A DNA stretch of 64,000 nucleotides, from positions 128,001 to 192,000 of the forward strand of contig CAWDKY010000053.1 in assembly GCA_963802945.1 (NCBI GenBank), written 5' to 3'. Numbering within the stretch: the stretch's first letter is position 1; the number at the start of each line of letters is the position of its first letter. Both the position numbers and the translations under genes were made by a program. The stretch comes from an uncultured delta proteobacterium (lineage in GTDB: Bacteria; Desulfobacterota; RBG-13-43-22). Shown piece by piece: positions 50,698 through 64,000 of this stretch. The notes under the pieces are model-generated. The model was given only the letters and a program-made list of their open reading frames with translations. It searched no databases and was not told where the DNA came from.

Positions 50698-51927
50698 ATG
50701 GAAAACATGCTTCCACTTCAGGGGATTCGGATTCTCGAGTTCTGCTGGGTATGGGCCGGCCCTTATGCCACCATGTTACTGGCCAATCTCGGGGCTGAGG
50801 TTATCAGGGTTGAAGGACACAGAAGAACGGATCTGATGCGTCGCCCTATTGTCTGGCCTAGGTACGAACCGGCCCCCAGAATGCTTCCGCCAAATCAGGG
50901 GATGCCCTTTAATTCCGTCAACCGGGACAAAAAGAGCCTCACTCTTAATTTGAGCGAGCCGAAAGGCATTGAACTGGCCAGGAGACTGGCGGCCATAAGC
51001 GATGTGGTTATCGACAATATGCGTCCGGACGCTATGATCAAGATGGGATTGGGCTATGAGGTATTATCTGAAATCAAACCGGACATCATCGTCATCTCCT
51101 CTTCCGGGAGAGGGCATGAAGGTCCGGAAGCGGAATATCTTGGATTTGCCACTATACATCAGAGTATCGGGGGTCTCACTTATATATCAGGTCATCCGGA
51201 TGACCATCCTACCCACGGCACCGCCGGTGATGCGGATCTGATGAATGCCACCGGTGCCGCCTTTGCCGTTGTGGCCGCCTTGCATCACCGCACACGAACC
51301 GGTGAGGGGCAATTTATTGATTACTCCCAATGCGAGGGGGTAAGCTCTTTGATCGGCGAACAGCTCTTGGGCTATGTCATGACTTCCAAAATTCCTGAGC
51401 GCCTGGGCAACACCCATCCGGAATATGCCCCCCATAGTGTTTTCCAATGTTGGGGGGTTGACCGCTGGCTGGCCCTTGAGGTCCATACGGACGATGAATT
51501 CAAGGCTTTGGCCCAAGTCATGACCCAGCCGGAATTGGCCGCTGATTCGCGTTTCAAGACCATTGGTTCCCGAAAGAAAAACGAAAAAGAGCTCAATCGG
51601 ATCATCGGGGAGTGGACAAGGCAGAGAGACCGGGATTGGATGGTGGAGGAAATTAGCAAGGCCGGCATCGCCGCCGCACCATGCAGAGACGACAAGGACC
51701 TTTATGCAGATCGTCACCTGCGGGATAGAGAAGCCTTTGTAAAAATAAATCATCCCGAATTGGGTGAGCTGGAGTTGGTAGGCCCCCCCTGGAAAATCAG
51801 TGATCTGGAGCTGCCTAAGGGCTATGCCCCCCTTTTGGGAGAGCATAATCAATATGTTCTTCAAGGGCTCCTGGGGCTTAAGGATGAAGAGATAGCCGAC
51901 CTGCGGGAGAAAGATATTATTATGTAA
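50698..51927 (+). CDS. Family III CoA-transferase (CaiB/BaiF), catalytic subunit (BbsF-like)
   Basis: WVWAGP, N..KKSLTLNL, DNMRP, DADLMNA (catalytic Asp), APLLGEHN. Confidence 0.88.
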   Translation: MENMLPLQGIRILEFCWVWAGPYATMLLANLGAEVIRVEGHRRTDLMRRPIVWPRYEPAPRMLPPNQGMPFNSVNRDKKSLTLNLSEPKGIELARRLAAISDVVIDNMRPDAMIKMGLGYEVLSEIKPDIIVISSSGRGHEGPEAEYLGFATIHQSIGGLTYISGHPDDHPTHGTAGDADLMNATGAAFAVVAALHHRTRTGEGQFIDYSQCEGVSSLIGEQLLGYVMTSKIPERLGNTHPEYAPHSVFQCWGVDRWLALEVHTDDEFKALAQVMTQPELAADSRFKTIGSRKKNEKELNRIIGEWTRQRDRDWMVEEISKAGIAAAPCRDDKDLYADRHLRDREAFVKINHPELGELELVGPPWKISDLELPKGYAPLLGEHNQYVLQGLLGLKDEEIADLREKDIIM

Positions 51928-51977
51928 ATTTTTTCATCCTATGTCCTTGAGAAAAGAATGTTACTCATTTGGTGAAT

Positions 51978-52078
51978 GGTTCGGAGTTCAGAGTAAGGAG
52001 TTTCGGGTTCAGAGTTTGAAATTCAAAGTACAAAAGTTAATGTTTTTGCTCCGAACTCATCACTCCGAACTTAAAACT
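51978..52078. repeat. Heptamer-unit hairpin overlapping the malQ stop
   Basis: GTTCGGA-GTTCAGA-GTAAGGA ... CTCCGAA-CTCATCA-CTCCGAA-CTTAAAA. Confidence 0.65.
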
Positions 52079-54364
52079 GTTTTTCTTACCCCTCTCCCTG
52101 ATTGATTAATCAACTCTCGATAACGATCAGCCGCCTTTTGGACTTCGGGATCATTCCACAATTCTTCAATAGAATATTGCATCTTTCTGGACCAGTTGGG
52201 ATAGGCGGTGATGGTTCCCGGAAGATTGAGTTGATTCTTTTCCAGGAAAAGGTCTTCCTGGCTGATAACCGCTAATTTGGCCTTGGTGGAAAGCACATAA
52301 GACAACACGGCCCGGTGAAGCCCTTCCGTTACTACCGGTTCTTCCTGGGCTTGAAGGGTTAGCGCATCCTCTTTGGAAAGAAATCCCAATTGCTGAAGAC
52401 GGTCTACCATCCTGCGTTTGTCCTTGATCCGTTCAGCCAGGGCCTGATAAAATTGTTCCTCTTTTGCAAAGAGACCTAAATTTTTTCGAAGAGCAATGTC
52501 TCCCATTCCCCAGAATCCGGCCAGTGGAGGCAGATCATGAGTACTCACCGAGGCCAGGGCTAATTCCGGATAGGCCTCAGGATGAATTAATTGGCCTGTT
52601 TCATCCTTTTCAAAATAAAAGAGACGACAGGAAAAAACACCCTTTTTCTGCAGAACCTCCCTCAATTGGTCCGGTAATGTCCCCAGGTCTTCACCGATGA
52701 TCAGGGTTTTGTTTCGAACACTTTCCAGGGCCAAAATCTTTAAAAACTCCTCAAGAAAATATTTGACGTAGACCCCTTCATGGGCAGGCCGCCCTTCCAA
52801 TATCCAAAAAAGACGTGAAAATTTTAAAATATGGTCAATACGCAAGGCCCCTCCGGGACAACTGTTTTTACGAATCTCTAAAGCAAAGAGTTGATAACCC
52901 TCTTGACGATATTTTCCCCCATCGGGAGGGAAAAATCCCCAATCCTGTCCTTTAGGTGAAAAATCATCCGGAGGTGCCCCGACCTTGACACCGGGGATGG
53001 TATAATCCCGCCAAGCCCAAGAATCAGCCCCCCAGGGATCAATACCCAAGGCCAAGTCATGATAGAGGCCGATCCCGGACCCAAACTTCATGGCCAGCTC
53101 CTGCACGGCCGAAAGCTGCTCTTCTATTTGCCACTGTAAATATTGATGAAATAAGACCTCTGGCCAGTGTTCATTTTTAAAGGTAATAACTTCCTGGGAA
53201 TGAGGGTCTTGAAAAGGATTGGGCCACTGCTCCCAGGTATAAAGCTCCTGGTTTTCTTTTTCAAAATAGTCTGTCAGGGCACAGAAAACCGAGAAGCGAT
53301 CCAGCCATTCGCCTTCTCCTTCAATATAAGCCTGGAATTCTTTTTGACGTTGAGTCTCCTGCCCGGCCTCCTTCCAATGACGTTCTAAAAAGGTTTGAAA
53401 AACTTTCTGTAAAACCTTTCTCTTCAACCTGTCCACTTTTTCAAACTGAACTTTTTTGGAATTTCTTGTTTCGTTCATCAAGTTCAGGGTTTCCGAACCC
53501 GCCATAATTTCCTTGGCTTTTAGAGAATATTCATATTCTTCGATTTCGGGAACGGATAAGTAGATCGGATTTCGATACAAACGGCTCGATGGGTAATAAG
53601 GACTGATATTGTAAGGCTCCTTATTAGAAAGGTAATGCAAGGGGAGCAACCCGACAACCTCCACATGCAGCCTTTCGATGGCCCAGCGCATTAATTCCTT
53701 CAGGTCGCCGAAATCCCCAACCCCCCAATTATTCCTGGACCGGAGGCCGGCCAAGGAAACCATGAATCCGGCCCTTTTCCCGTTGCCTCTGAGGGCCGGA
53801 GGGATATAGGTCTGTTCGGGGCAGACGATCACTTTGACGTCTTGCGCAAAATGACGCTCCCCTTGCCTTAAGACCACAGAACAATAGTGGTAGCCCAAAG
53901 GCAGACCTTGAGGGAAAGGCAGGCTTCCTCTCAGATAAAGGGCCCCCTCGATCCTGGCCGCTTCTCTAAACAGAAGCTTTTCCTGGGGGAAATAGTTGAA
54001 TGGTTACGTTCCCATTTTCCTCATGAATATTTAATTGAACTCCGAGGTCTTCGGGCAAATCAACGGGCTCTAGGTCCTGTTCTTCCGCTGGAAACTGAAA
54101 ATGCATTTCTTCCGGCAGAGACCCCATCGATATAATCAAAACAGGCTCTGTAAGTTGCCTCCAAGACCGATGCTCTTCGGCCAGGACCGCCTTTTTCAGA
54201 TCCTCCAGAGGCTCCACCGGACACCCCATGGCCGACAGGATCTTCATGGTGGTTTCCTGGGTACTGGAATGGATGTGCCCCCAGACATCCCGATAATCGG
54301 TTTCAATCCCTTTAAGCGAAGCTAAACGAGTCAGCCATTTTTGATATTCTTCAGAATCGTTCAT
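52060..54364 (-). CDS. malQ: 4-alpha-glucanotransferase (frameshift near 53990)
   Basis: GIETDY.DVWG N-terminus; NWGVGDFGDL, SPYYPSSR, LYHDLALG, GAPPD.F...GQDWG, RIDH, GEDLG, THD, NLPGT. Confidence 0.92.
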
Positions 54365-55447
54365 TGGATTCGAATGATTTCCCCTTCATCCATTATCCGG
54401 GCATTGAAATCACAACCATTCTTGTGAGTAAGTTCTTTCAGCAAACGAATCCCTTCTTTTTGGCTATCCAATACAGGAATTCCCCCATTAACCAATTTTA
54501 TCGGAATCAATCGCCCTTCCAAAAATTGGCCGTTTTTCAGAGTCCAGATTGACTTTTAAGATACCAGAAATGCCATTAGGTCCTTTGAGATTAAACAGGC
54601 CGTACGTCAAAAAATTACCCAGACTGTAGGCAATTAATTTCCCCTTATAAATCTCCACAGCCCTTAAGACATGAGGGCCGTGGCCCAGGACCAGATCTGC
54701 ACCGGCGTCGATAACCGACCGGGAAAACAGCATCACGTTACCCCGATCCTCGTCTAGAAAAATTTCATTCTCATTGACGACTTGGAGAGCGGTTTTCCCT
54801 TCAGCCCCCCCATGAAAGGATACGATCACCAGGTCATGGGTCTCCTTTATTTTAGCGACCAGTTCTTTGGCCTTGCCGATTTCCAACAAAGACCAGGAGT
54901 AGAGAGACGAACGATAAGAAAATCCGATCAAGGCTATCTTTTTTCCTTTGATCAATAATTCGGCGACGGCTTGGCCTCCTAAAGGTTTTATCCCCAAGGC
55001 ATCCAAGGTCTCAAGGGTACTCCTTAGGCCCTCCATTCCAAAATCCAGGGTATGATTATTGGCGATATTCACCACCGTAAATCCGGCCTGTTTCAGAAAA
55101 AGGCCGTAACGGACCGGCATCTTGAACTCAAAACACCAGGGGCTTTTATTGTCCAGACATTTACCCTGTCCTTCTGCCTCGTATAGAGGACCTTCCAAGT
55201 TTCCAAAGGTAAGGTCTCCGTCCTTAAGACTAGCGGCAATATTATCAAATAAATACTGTCCATCATCGGGCGGCAATCTCCCTTTTTGACCAAGGGAACC
55301 CATCATGATGTCCCCCACGGCAACCACAGAGAGAACATCACCGGCATAGGACTTTTGAAAAACCAATCCGGCGATCAGAACTAAGAAAAACAAAAAGATG
55401 GCCTTTTTAGGTTTTAATATTTTTTCTCTTTGGCTTGGGAAGGACAT
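54361..55447 (-). CDS. CapA (PGA_cap) family metallophosphoesterase-like protein (frameshift near 3' end)
   Basis: VGDIMMG, GNLEG, ANNH..DFG, SFHGGAE, GHGPHV, YSLGNF. Confidence 0.88.
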
Positions 55448-55583
55448 AACTGACCTATATACTACAGAATCGACTCCTTGTTAACTTTTTAAGAGATACC
55501 TTATTACGGAATTCTTGACAATGCACTCATAACATTATAAAAAAAGAATAATAAATTTCATTTTTTTATTACCGGGGGCTGCC

Positions 55584-56060
55584 TTGAATTCTAATAATAA
55601 GCCGGCCTTTAAGGGGTTGATCCTATTCTTAAGTTCCGGGACCTACCTGGGGTATATCCCCCTGGCTTCAGGAACTTTTGGAACCCTTTGGGGGTTGCCC
55701 ATATTCTACTGGCTCTCGGCACGAACCATTTGGTTTCAGATCGTATTTACAGTCGGCTCCATCTTGTTGGCCGTTCTTTTGGCCGGGCAAGCAGAAAAAA
55801 TTTGGAATAAAAAAGATCCTTCCCAAGTGGTGATCGATGAAATAGTCGGTTATATGGCAGCAATGGTTTGCCTGCCTTTTTCCTGGGAAACAGCCTGGGT
55901 CGGATTTTTTATTTTTAGGGCCATGGATATCATCAAACCTTATCCGATTCGAAAAATCGACCGAAATTGGCCCGGGGGTTGGGGAATCGTGTTGGATGAT
56001 GTCTTGGCCGGTATTTATACTCAACTTGTACTTCGGTTTTGGATTTACTTCCGGTCCTGA
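55584..56060 (+). CDS. pgpA: Phosphatidylglycerophosphatase A
   Basis: SGTFGT, DPS.VVIDE, FR..DI.KP.PI, GIVLDDVLAG. Confidence 0.93.
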   Translation: MNSNNKPAFKGLILFLSSGTYLGYIPLASGTFGTLWGLPIFYWLSARTIWFQIVFTVGSILLAVLLAGQAEKIWNKKDPSQVVIDEIVGYMAAMVCLPFSWETAWVGFFIFRAMDIIKPYPIRKIDRNWPGGWGIVLDDVLAGIYTQLVLRFWIYFRS

Positions 56061-56072
56061 TGGAAAAATTAA

Positions 56073-57335
56073 ATGGGGATAAAGATTGAGGTCATAGGGA
56101 TAGGCAATGAACTGATTACCGGCCGGGTTCTGGATCAAAACGCCGGTTATGTTGCTGCCCGATTGCATTCCTCTGGATTTGAGGTCAGGAGGATAGTCTT
56201 AATTGGGGCCCAACCCAGAATCATCCGCTCCGCCCTGAAACAGGCAGGAAAAAGGTCCGATGCCGTCCTGGTGACCGGCGGCTTGGGCAGCACCCTGGAT
56301 GACATTACGGTTGAAGTGGTCAGCCGGGTCTTCCGCCGTCCACTGGTTCTCCATCCGGATCTTCAAAGTCAAATCAGACGATCGTTAACCAAGAAGGCCA
56401 TCCCCCGGGACCCCAAGTTTGAAAAAATAGCCTGGCTGCCGGAAGGGGTGGAACTGTTTCACCCCAGACCCAAGGCCTGCGGTTTTATGATGATGGAGAA
56501 TGGAAAACCGTTCTTTTTTCTACCCGGAGTCCCGGAGGAAATGAGAAGGTTTTTAGACCGGCAAATTATTCCCTATTTACTCCAGCACTACCCGGGACAG
56601 GAGGTCGTCCGGCAAAGGGTCTATCATATCTTCGGATTGTTGGAGCCGGAGATCAATGAAAAAGTCAAGGATTTGGAACAACGTTTTGAATCCCTCCAAA
56701 TAGGATTTTATCCCAATTTTCCGGAAAACCAACTGACCCTTTCCGTCCGCTCCGAGAAAGCCCTCTGGGCCGACCGCTTGCTCGATTCCATTGAAACGGT
56801 AGTGGAAGAACGATTATCCGGACATCTTATTTCCAAGCATGGTCAGACTCTGGAAGAAGTCATTGGTGAATTATTAATACAAAAAAAGAAGACCCTGGCT
56901 GTGGCCGAATCCTGCACCGGCGGTTTGATCGGACATCGAATAACAAGTGTACCTGGAAGTTCCGAATATTTTGATCGGTCCGTGGTGGTTTACAGCAACA
57001 AGGCCAAAACAGAACTGCTTGACATCCCCAAAAGGATTCTTGCCCGATACGGGGCTGTCAGTGAAAAAACAGCCATATTGATGGCCGAGGGAATTCGAAA
57101 AAGAAGCGGATCGGATATAGGACTGGCCGTTACCGGGATCGCCGGACCGGGAGGCGGAACGCCGGAAAAACCCGTGGGAACGGTCTGGATCGCCCTGTCT
57201 ACGATCCAAAGGAGCAAGGCCGGTCATTTTCTTTTTAGCGGACCACGCCAACAAATTAAAACCCTGACAGCTTATACGGCCCTGAATTGGGTCAGGAGAT
57301 ACCTCCTTGATGATACGTTCCTTTTTAGCGATTGA
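56073..57335 (+). CDS. cinA: Competence/damage-inducible CinA (MoCF domain plus PncC NMN deamidase)
   Basis: GNEL..G...D.N, TGGLG.T.DD, LPGVP.EM, AESCTGG, GAVS, TGIAGPGGG. Confidence 0.95.
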   Translation: MGIKIEVIGIGNELITGRVLDQNAGYVAARLHSSGFEVRRIVLIGAQPRIIRSALKQAGKRSDAVLVTGGLGSTLDDITVEVVSRVFRRPLVLHPDLQSQIRRSLTKKAIPRDPKFEKIAWLPEGVELFHPRPKACGFMMMENGKPFFFLPGVPEEMRRFLDRQIIPYLLQHYPGQEVVRQRVYHIFGLLEPEINEKVKDLEQRFESLQIGFYPNFPENQLTLSVRSEKALWADRLLDSIETVVEERLSGHLISKHGQTLEEVIGELLIQKKKTLAVAESCTGGLIGHRITSVPGSSEYFDRSVVVYSNKAKTELLDIPKRILARYGAVSEKTAILMAEGIRKRSGSDIGLAVTGIAGPGGGTPEKPVGTVWIALSTIQRSKAGHFLFSGPRQQIKTLTAYTALNWVRRYLLDDTFLFSD

Positions 57336-57876
57336 ACTTCCTGAAGACCAAAAAGAGACTGTTGCCGAATATATTCAGGAGCTGCGTCAGGTCCCTTCGA
57401 AGATTAAATGGGTCCTGCCCCATCAGACCCATTTTACCTTGAAGTTTTTTGGTTCCATTAGGCCCGAAACAGTAAAAAAAATTGCTCAAGCCCTTTCTCC
57501 GGCCTTAAGCGAGTTCCCCAAATTTCATCTGACCTTGAAAGGGATAGGGGCTTTTCCAAACCTGTTCAGACCCCGGGTGATTTGGTTAGGTCTGGGGGGG
57601 AAGACGGATAGCCTCCGGGGGATTCACCAGATCATTGATCAGGCCCTTATTCCTTTGGGCTTCCCCAAAGAAGAACGGCCTTTCCAGGGCCATTTGACCC
57701 TGGGAAGAAATAAAGAGAATCAAATAAACGAATCGTTTTACAGACACCTGTCCGAATGGTCGAAGGAAGAAACCACCCCGTTTGCAGTTGAAAGGGTGAT
57801 TCTTTTTCAAAGTGATTTAAAACCGGCCGGACCGGTGTATACCAAGTTGGAGGCTTTTACACTTAAAAAAGCGTAA
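57310..57876 (+). CDS. thpR: RNA 2',3'-cyclic phosphodiesterase (2H family)
   Basis: HFTLKF and HLTLGR 2H motifs; position cinA-thpR-recA. Confidence 0.92.
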   Translation: MIRSFLAIELPEDQKETVAEYIQELRQVPSKIKWVLPHQTHFTLKFFGSIRPETVKKIAQALSPALSEFPKFHLTLKGIGAFPNLFRPRVIWLGLGGKTDSLRGIHQIIDQALIPLGFPKEERPFQGHLTLGRNKENQINESFYRHLSEWSKEETTPFAVERVILFQSDLKPAGPVYTKLEAFTLKKA

Positions 57877-58015
57877 CTGGAATAAGAAAAAAAATCTGGA
57901 TCCCTGACACCAGATAAAAAAATTTTCATCTGGAGAGGACATCTGGTATCTTTCTTATACCAGGAATTCAATAAAAGGAATTAGACTTAAACAACCAAAC
58001 CAAGAGGGAGGCGAT

Positions 58016-59041
58016 ATGAAAACAGATTTGAAACCAACCAGTGAAAAAGGCAGGGCGGTGGAAATGGCCATGGGTCAAATTGAAAAACAGTTCGGAAAAG
58101 GCTCTATTATGCGTCTGGGAGCAGAGGCCGTGACGGCCGATATCCCCTCTATCCCTACGGGATCCCTTTCTCTCGATATGGCCACCGGTATCGGAGGTAT
58201 TCCCCGGGGCAGGATCACAGAAATCTATGGTCCTGAATCTTCCGGCAAGACCTCTCTGGCCTTGCATACCATCGCCGAGGCCCAAAAAAAAGGAGGCATG
58301 GCCGCCTTTATTGACGCCGAACACGCCCTGGATATCAGCTATGCCAGCAAGTTGGGGGTGAATTGCGATGACCTGCTGGTCTCCCAGCCTGATAATGGGG
58401 AGCAGGCCCTGGAAATCGCTGAAATACTGGTGCGCAGCGGTGCCATGGATATCGTGGTAGTCGATTCGGTAGCCGCCCTGGTTCCTCGGGCGGAAATAGA
58501 AGGGGAAATGGGAGATGCCCACATGGGACTCCAGGCCCGGCTTATGTCCCAAGCCTTGAGGAAATTGACCGGGACCATCAGCAAGACCCATACCTCCCTA
58601 GTCTTTATCAACCAGATCCGGATGAAAATCGGGGTCATGTTCGGCAATCCGGAAACCACTACCGGAGGAAACGCCTTGAAGTTTTATGCCTCTTTGCGCC
58701 TGGATATACGGAAAATCGGAACGTTAAAAGATGGACAGGAGATCATCGGTACTCGAACCAAAGTCAAGGTGGTTAAAAACAAGATTGCCCCTCCATTTAA
58801 AGAAGCCGAATTTGATATCCTCTATGGAGAAGGGATCTCCAAGGAAGGCGACATCCTGGACCTGGGTGTGGCCCACGACATTGTTGAAAAAAGCGGCACC
58901 TGGTACTCTTACGGCGGCAATCGTATCGGTCAGGGACGGGATAATGCCCGGTTGTATTTAAAGGACCACCCGGAAGCCTTAACCGAGATCGAGACCAAAG
59001 TCAAACAGACTTATGGATTGATCAAAGAGACCGGGCAATAG
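58016..59041 (+). CDS. recA: Recombinase RecA
   Basis: [44 protein letters not shown]. Confidence 0.99.
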   Translation: MKTDLKPTSEKGRAVEMAMGQIEKQFGKGSIMRLGAEAVTADIPSIPTGSLSLDMATGIGGIPRGRITEIYGPESSGKTSLALHTIAEAQKKGGMAAFIDAEHALDISYASKLGVNCDDLLVSQPDNGEQALEIAEILVRSGAMDIVVVDSVAALVPRAEIEGEMGDAHMGLQARLMSQALRKLTGTISKTHTSLVFINQIRMKIGVMFGNPETTTGGNALKFYASLRLDIRKIGTLKDGQEIIGTRTKVKVVKNKIAPPFKEAEFDILYGEGISKEGDILDLGVAHDIVEKSGTWYSYGGNRIGQGRDNARLYLKDHPEALTEIETKVKQTYGLIKETGQ

Positions 59042-59146
59042 AACAACCTAAATCATATTGGAATACAGAATCCAGGAGTCAGCATTCAGGATAAAAAATG
59101 ATATTGATATACTCGTGAATTGTATGTGTAATCACTTTACAGTCTT

Positions 59147-59234
59147 GTCATTCCGGACTTGATCCGGAATCCATTCTTTTTGACCTGGGTTCCCGCTGGA
59201 GTTTATCCCGCACTTGATGCGGGACGGGAATGAC
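59147..59234. repeat. REP doublet
   Basis: GTCATTCCGGACTTGATCCGGAATCC ... TTCCCG...CGGGAATGAC. Confidence 0.75.
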
Positions 59235-59313
59235 GGCATGAGGACTATTGTAAACCTCTTATCGAGACACAATAATAGATACGAGATTCATTTTCTTACT
59301 ACGGAAAGGATAA

Positions 59314-61966
<2,653 letters not shown>

Positions 61967-61972
61967 AAAACG

Positions 61973-62092
61973 ATGGAGTATTGGAGTACTGGAATATTGG
62001 AATAGTGGAAGAATAGAGTAGCCGGGCTAGTCCATTACTCCAATACTCCATCACTCCAATTTCCCATCCTTCACTACTCCATTACTCCAATT
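61973..62092. repeat. Octamer-unit hairpin (TGGAGTAT ... TCCATTAC/TCCAATAC) between convergent genes
   Basis: About 5 units on the left arm and 8 on the right. Confidence 0.8.
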
Positions 62093-62100
62093 CTTTTGGT

Positions 62101-63189
62101 TCAGTTTTTTGAGTGGCCGTTTTTCAGGGTTTCATAAATTCGATCAGAGAGATAACGGATGGCCTTAGTCTTCTTTCTGCCCCAGCCCCCATCGGATGGG
62201 CGGTCTTTATTCTCGATAATAATAGAAAGGACATAATCGTTACGACCGTTCAAGCTCTTTTGATAAACAATACCGCAATCGCCGTTCAAACCCCTAACAA
62301 AGCCGGTTTTATCGGCCACAGCCACACCATCCTGTTTGATCTGATAAGTTCTAATCCGGTCATGGATGTTTTTAAGTAAAATGTCGTTCATTTCTTGGGA
62401 ATACTGGGGACTGATCAATTTCTGTTCATAAAGCAGACGAAAGAAAAGCGTGGTGTCGGCGGCTGAAGTTCGATTGAAGTACGTTTTCCCTCCTTCGGGA
62501 ATAAGTTCCCGGAGACGCGTGTCCAAGAAACCCAGTTTACGCATCAAGGCGTTGATGCCGATGATACCTTGAAGGGTATCCCCTTTCCCCAGACGACGTA
62601 TCAGGACATTGGTGGCCCCATTATCACTTACGGTGATCATACGATTCAAATGGTGTTCTATTTCCGGGGTTTCCTGAAGTTCCTGCCGGGCAATAGCATC
62701 GTAAACCGCCAACATGACAAAAGGTTTGATCAGACTGGCCGCATTACGAACAACATTCCCGTTAATGTCCACCAGCATTTTTTTGTCATTGAGGTCGTAG
62801 ACCTGGATGGAAATCTGATCCTCCGGCAGAAGTTGCCGGATAGACTTAAGATGAATAATTTCATTTTCGATCAAGACTTGTAACGGACCTTCGGTATTTA
62901 TTTCCGGCGGTGGGATAGCGTCTTCACGAGGAAACCGTTTTCGGGCAATGGATGTAACCGGTTTGCGGGGAGAAGCGGCCTTTTTCCTTTTTTTAAACGA
63001 GGCAGATCTTTTCTTTTTTTTCTTTTGGCTGATTCGTTTGAGTTTCTTTTTCTTGGTCCCTTTTTGACAGGTCTTCTTTGATTTTACCCGAGGACCATCA
63101 GACCCTGTGATGGCCTGAAGGGGTTGGTTCAGAAAAAAAACCAGGGCCAGTATCAAAGATATGATGAAATTTTTCTTAAAAAGTGTCAT
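62101..63189 (-). CDS. Exported class A beta-lactamase-like serine hydrolase with Lys-rich N-terminal linker
   Basis: Signal peptide; ASLIK (SxxK), SDN, DKTG motifs. Confidence 0.85.
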   Translation of the reverse strand: MTLFKKNFIISLILALVFFLNQPLQAITGSDGPRVKSKKTCQKGTKKKKLKRISQKKKKKRSASFKKRKKAASPRKPVTSIARKRFPREDAIPPPEINTEGPLQVLIENEIIHLKSIRQLLPEDQISIQVYDLNDKKMLVDINGNVVRNAASLIKPFVMLAVYDAIARQELQETPEIEHHLNRMITVSDNGATNVLIRRLGKGDTLQGIIGINALMRKLGFLDTRLRELIPEGGKTYFNRTSAADTTLFFRLLYEQKLISPQYSQEMNDILLKNIHDRIRTYQIKQDGVAVADKTGFVRGLNGDCGIVYQKSLNGRNDYVLSIIIENKDRPSDGGWGRKKTKAIRYLSDRIYETLKNGHSKN

Positions 63190-63291
63190 AAATGTACCAT
63201 AAAAAATTTATTGTTTTCTTGTCAAGAAATAACAGCTATTGGGATGCTAACTTACTAAAACTTTTAATGTTTTATTTTCACTCGGTGATTT

Positions 63292-64000
63292 ATGAAATTG
63301 CATCATTCTTCCGGCTTGGGCTCCTGGGTTGAAATTGACCTTTCCTGTCTAAGGGAAAACTATCAATCTCTCAGGGAAAAAATCAACCCCTCTACCAAAA
63401 TCATGGCGGTGGTTAAAGCCGATGCCTATGGGCATGGTCTGGTTTCCATTGGTCGGGAATTGGTTCGTCTTGGTGTTCCGGCTTTGGGTGTAGGTTCGAT
63501 TGACGAAGGCATCATAGTCAGAAACAAGATCAGCCCTGATATCCCGGTGTTCCTTTTACTGGGCCTTCTCCCGGAAGAAACCCAGGCCTGTCTCCATTAC
63601 CGCCTGACCCCGGTCCTGTACGGAATCGAAACCGCCAAAAAGCTCGACCGGGCTGCAAGACAAAAAAAAACCCAATTCCCAGTACACATCAAGATCGATA
63701 CCGGAATGGGTCGTTTGGGGGTCCCCTGGTTTGAATTCGGGGAGTTTGTCCATCAAATAAAGGTCTTGAAAGGTCTTCAAATAACCGGCCTGACCTCTCA
63801 CTTCGGACAAGCCGATGAAAAAGAAAAACCTTATAATCAACTGCAATGGAAACGATTCACCGCCGCACTGGATCTGGCGCGGCAAGCCGGCCTGGCATTG
63901 ACTGAAAATCATATGGCCAACAGCGCCGCCCTGCTCAATTACCGGCAAAGCCATCTCCAGTTTGCTCGCCCCGGAATCTTGCTTTATGGCTGTAACCCGG
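63292..64000 (+). CDS. alr: Alanine racemase, 3' truncated by window
   Basis: WVEIDL, MAVVKADAYGHG, HIKIDTGMGRLG, TSHF, HMANSAA, RPGILLYG; not in the ORF track because no stop in the window. Confidence 0.95.
   Translation, partial: MKLHHSSGLGSWVEIDLSCLRENYQSLREKINPSTKIMAVVKADAYGHGLVSIGRELVRLGVPALGVGSIDEGIIVRNKISPDIPVFLLLGLLPEETQACLHYRLTPVLYGIETAKKLDRAARQKKTQFPVHIKIDTGMGRLGVPWFEFGEFVHQIKVLKGLQITGLTSHFGQADEKEKPYNQLQWKRFTAALDLARQAGLALTENHMANSAALLNYRQSHLQFARPGILLYGCNP

Noticed and set aside
57880-58015. LexA box upstream of recA
   Set aside because: Only CCAGAT/ATCTGG repeats seen; no match to a LexA consensus I can support.
61973-62092. Short tandem repeats as a CRISPR array
   Set aside because: Units are 8 nt, contiguous and have no unique spacers.
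62101-63189. Antibiotic-resistance beta-lactamase
   Set aside because: The motifs are shared with cell-wall peptidases, and its core position beside alr favours a housekeeping role.

Overview
64 kb of bacterial chromosome, most likely from an anaerobic Desulfobacterota (deltaproteobacterial) genome. This assignment is an inference from the Re-citrate synthase, rubrerythrin, glycyl-radical enzyme and the REP/MITE families. The first ~33 kb is accessory catabolism: (i) a LeuCD / dimethylmalate-lyase-like / fungal CadA-like (cis-aconitate decarboxylase-like) operon; (ii) PadR, flavodoxin-SCP2, PrpD and a secreted serine hydrolase in a mosaic region with duplicated segments; (iii) a YjbQ-CMD-rubrerythrin operon and a frameshifted Mop gene missed by the ORF track; (iv) two tandem non-acylating ALDH/Fe-ADH fusion genes; (v) polA; (vi) two integron gene cassettes with attC sites and no integrase in the window; (vii) a glycyl-radical enzyme with non-canonical active-site loops (GCMRW, RTAGLA), its activase, and two crotonases lacking the hydratase glutamates. 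The second half is mostly housekeeping or acyl-CoA metabolism: hisS, aspS, Re-citrate synthase, carboxyltransferase, methylmalonyl-CoA mutase, CoA ligase, MaoC, a BbsEF-like CoA-transferase pair, malQ, capA, pgpA-cinA-thpR-recA-alaS, alr. Several essential genes there carry frameshifts, probably long-read errors. Many intergenic spaces hold hairpins built from 7-8 nt tandem units, plus REPs and MITEs. No rRNA, tRNA or CRISPR array was seen. All family assignments come from motifs read by eye and remembered sequences; no searches were run.
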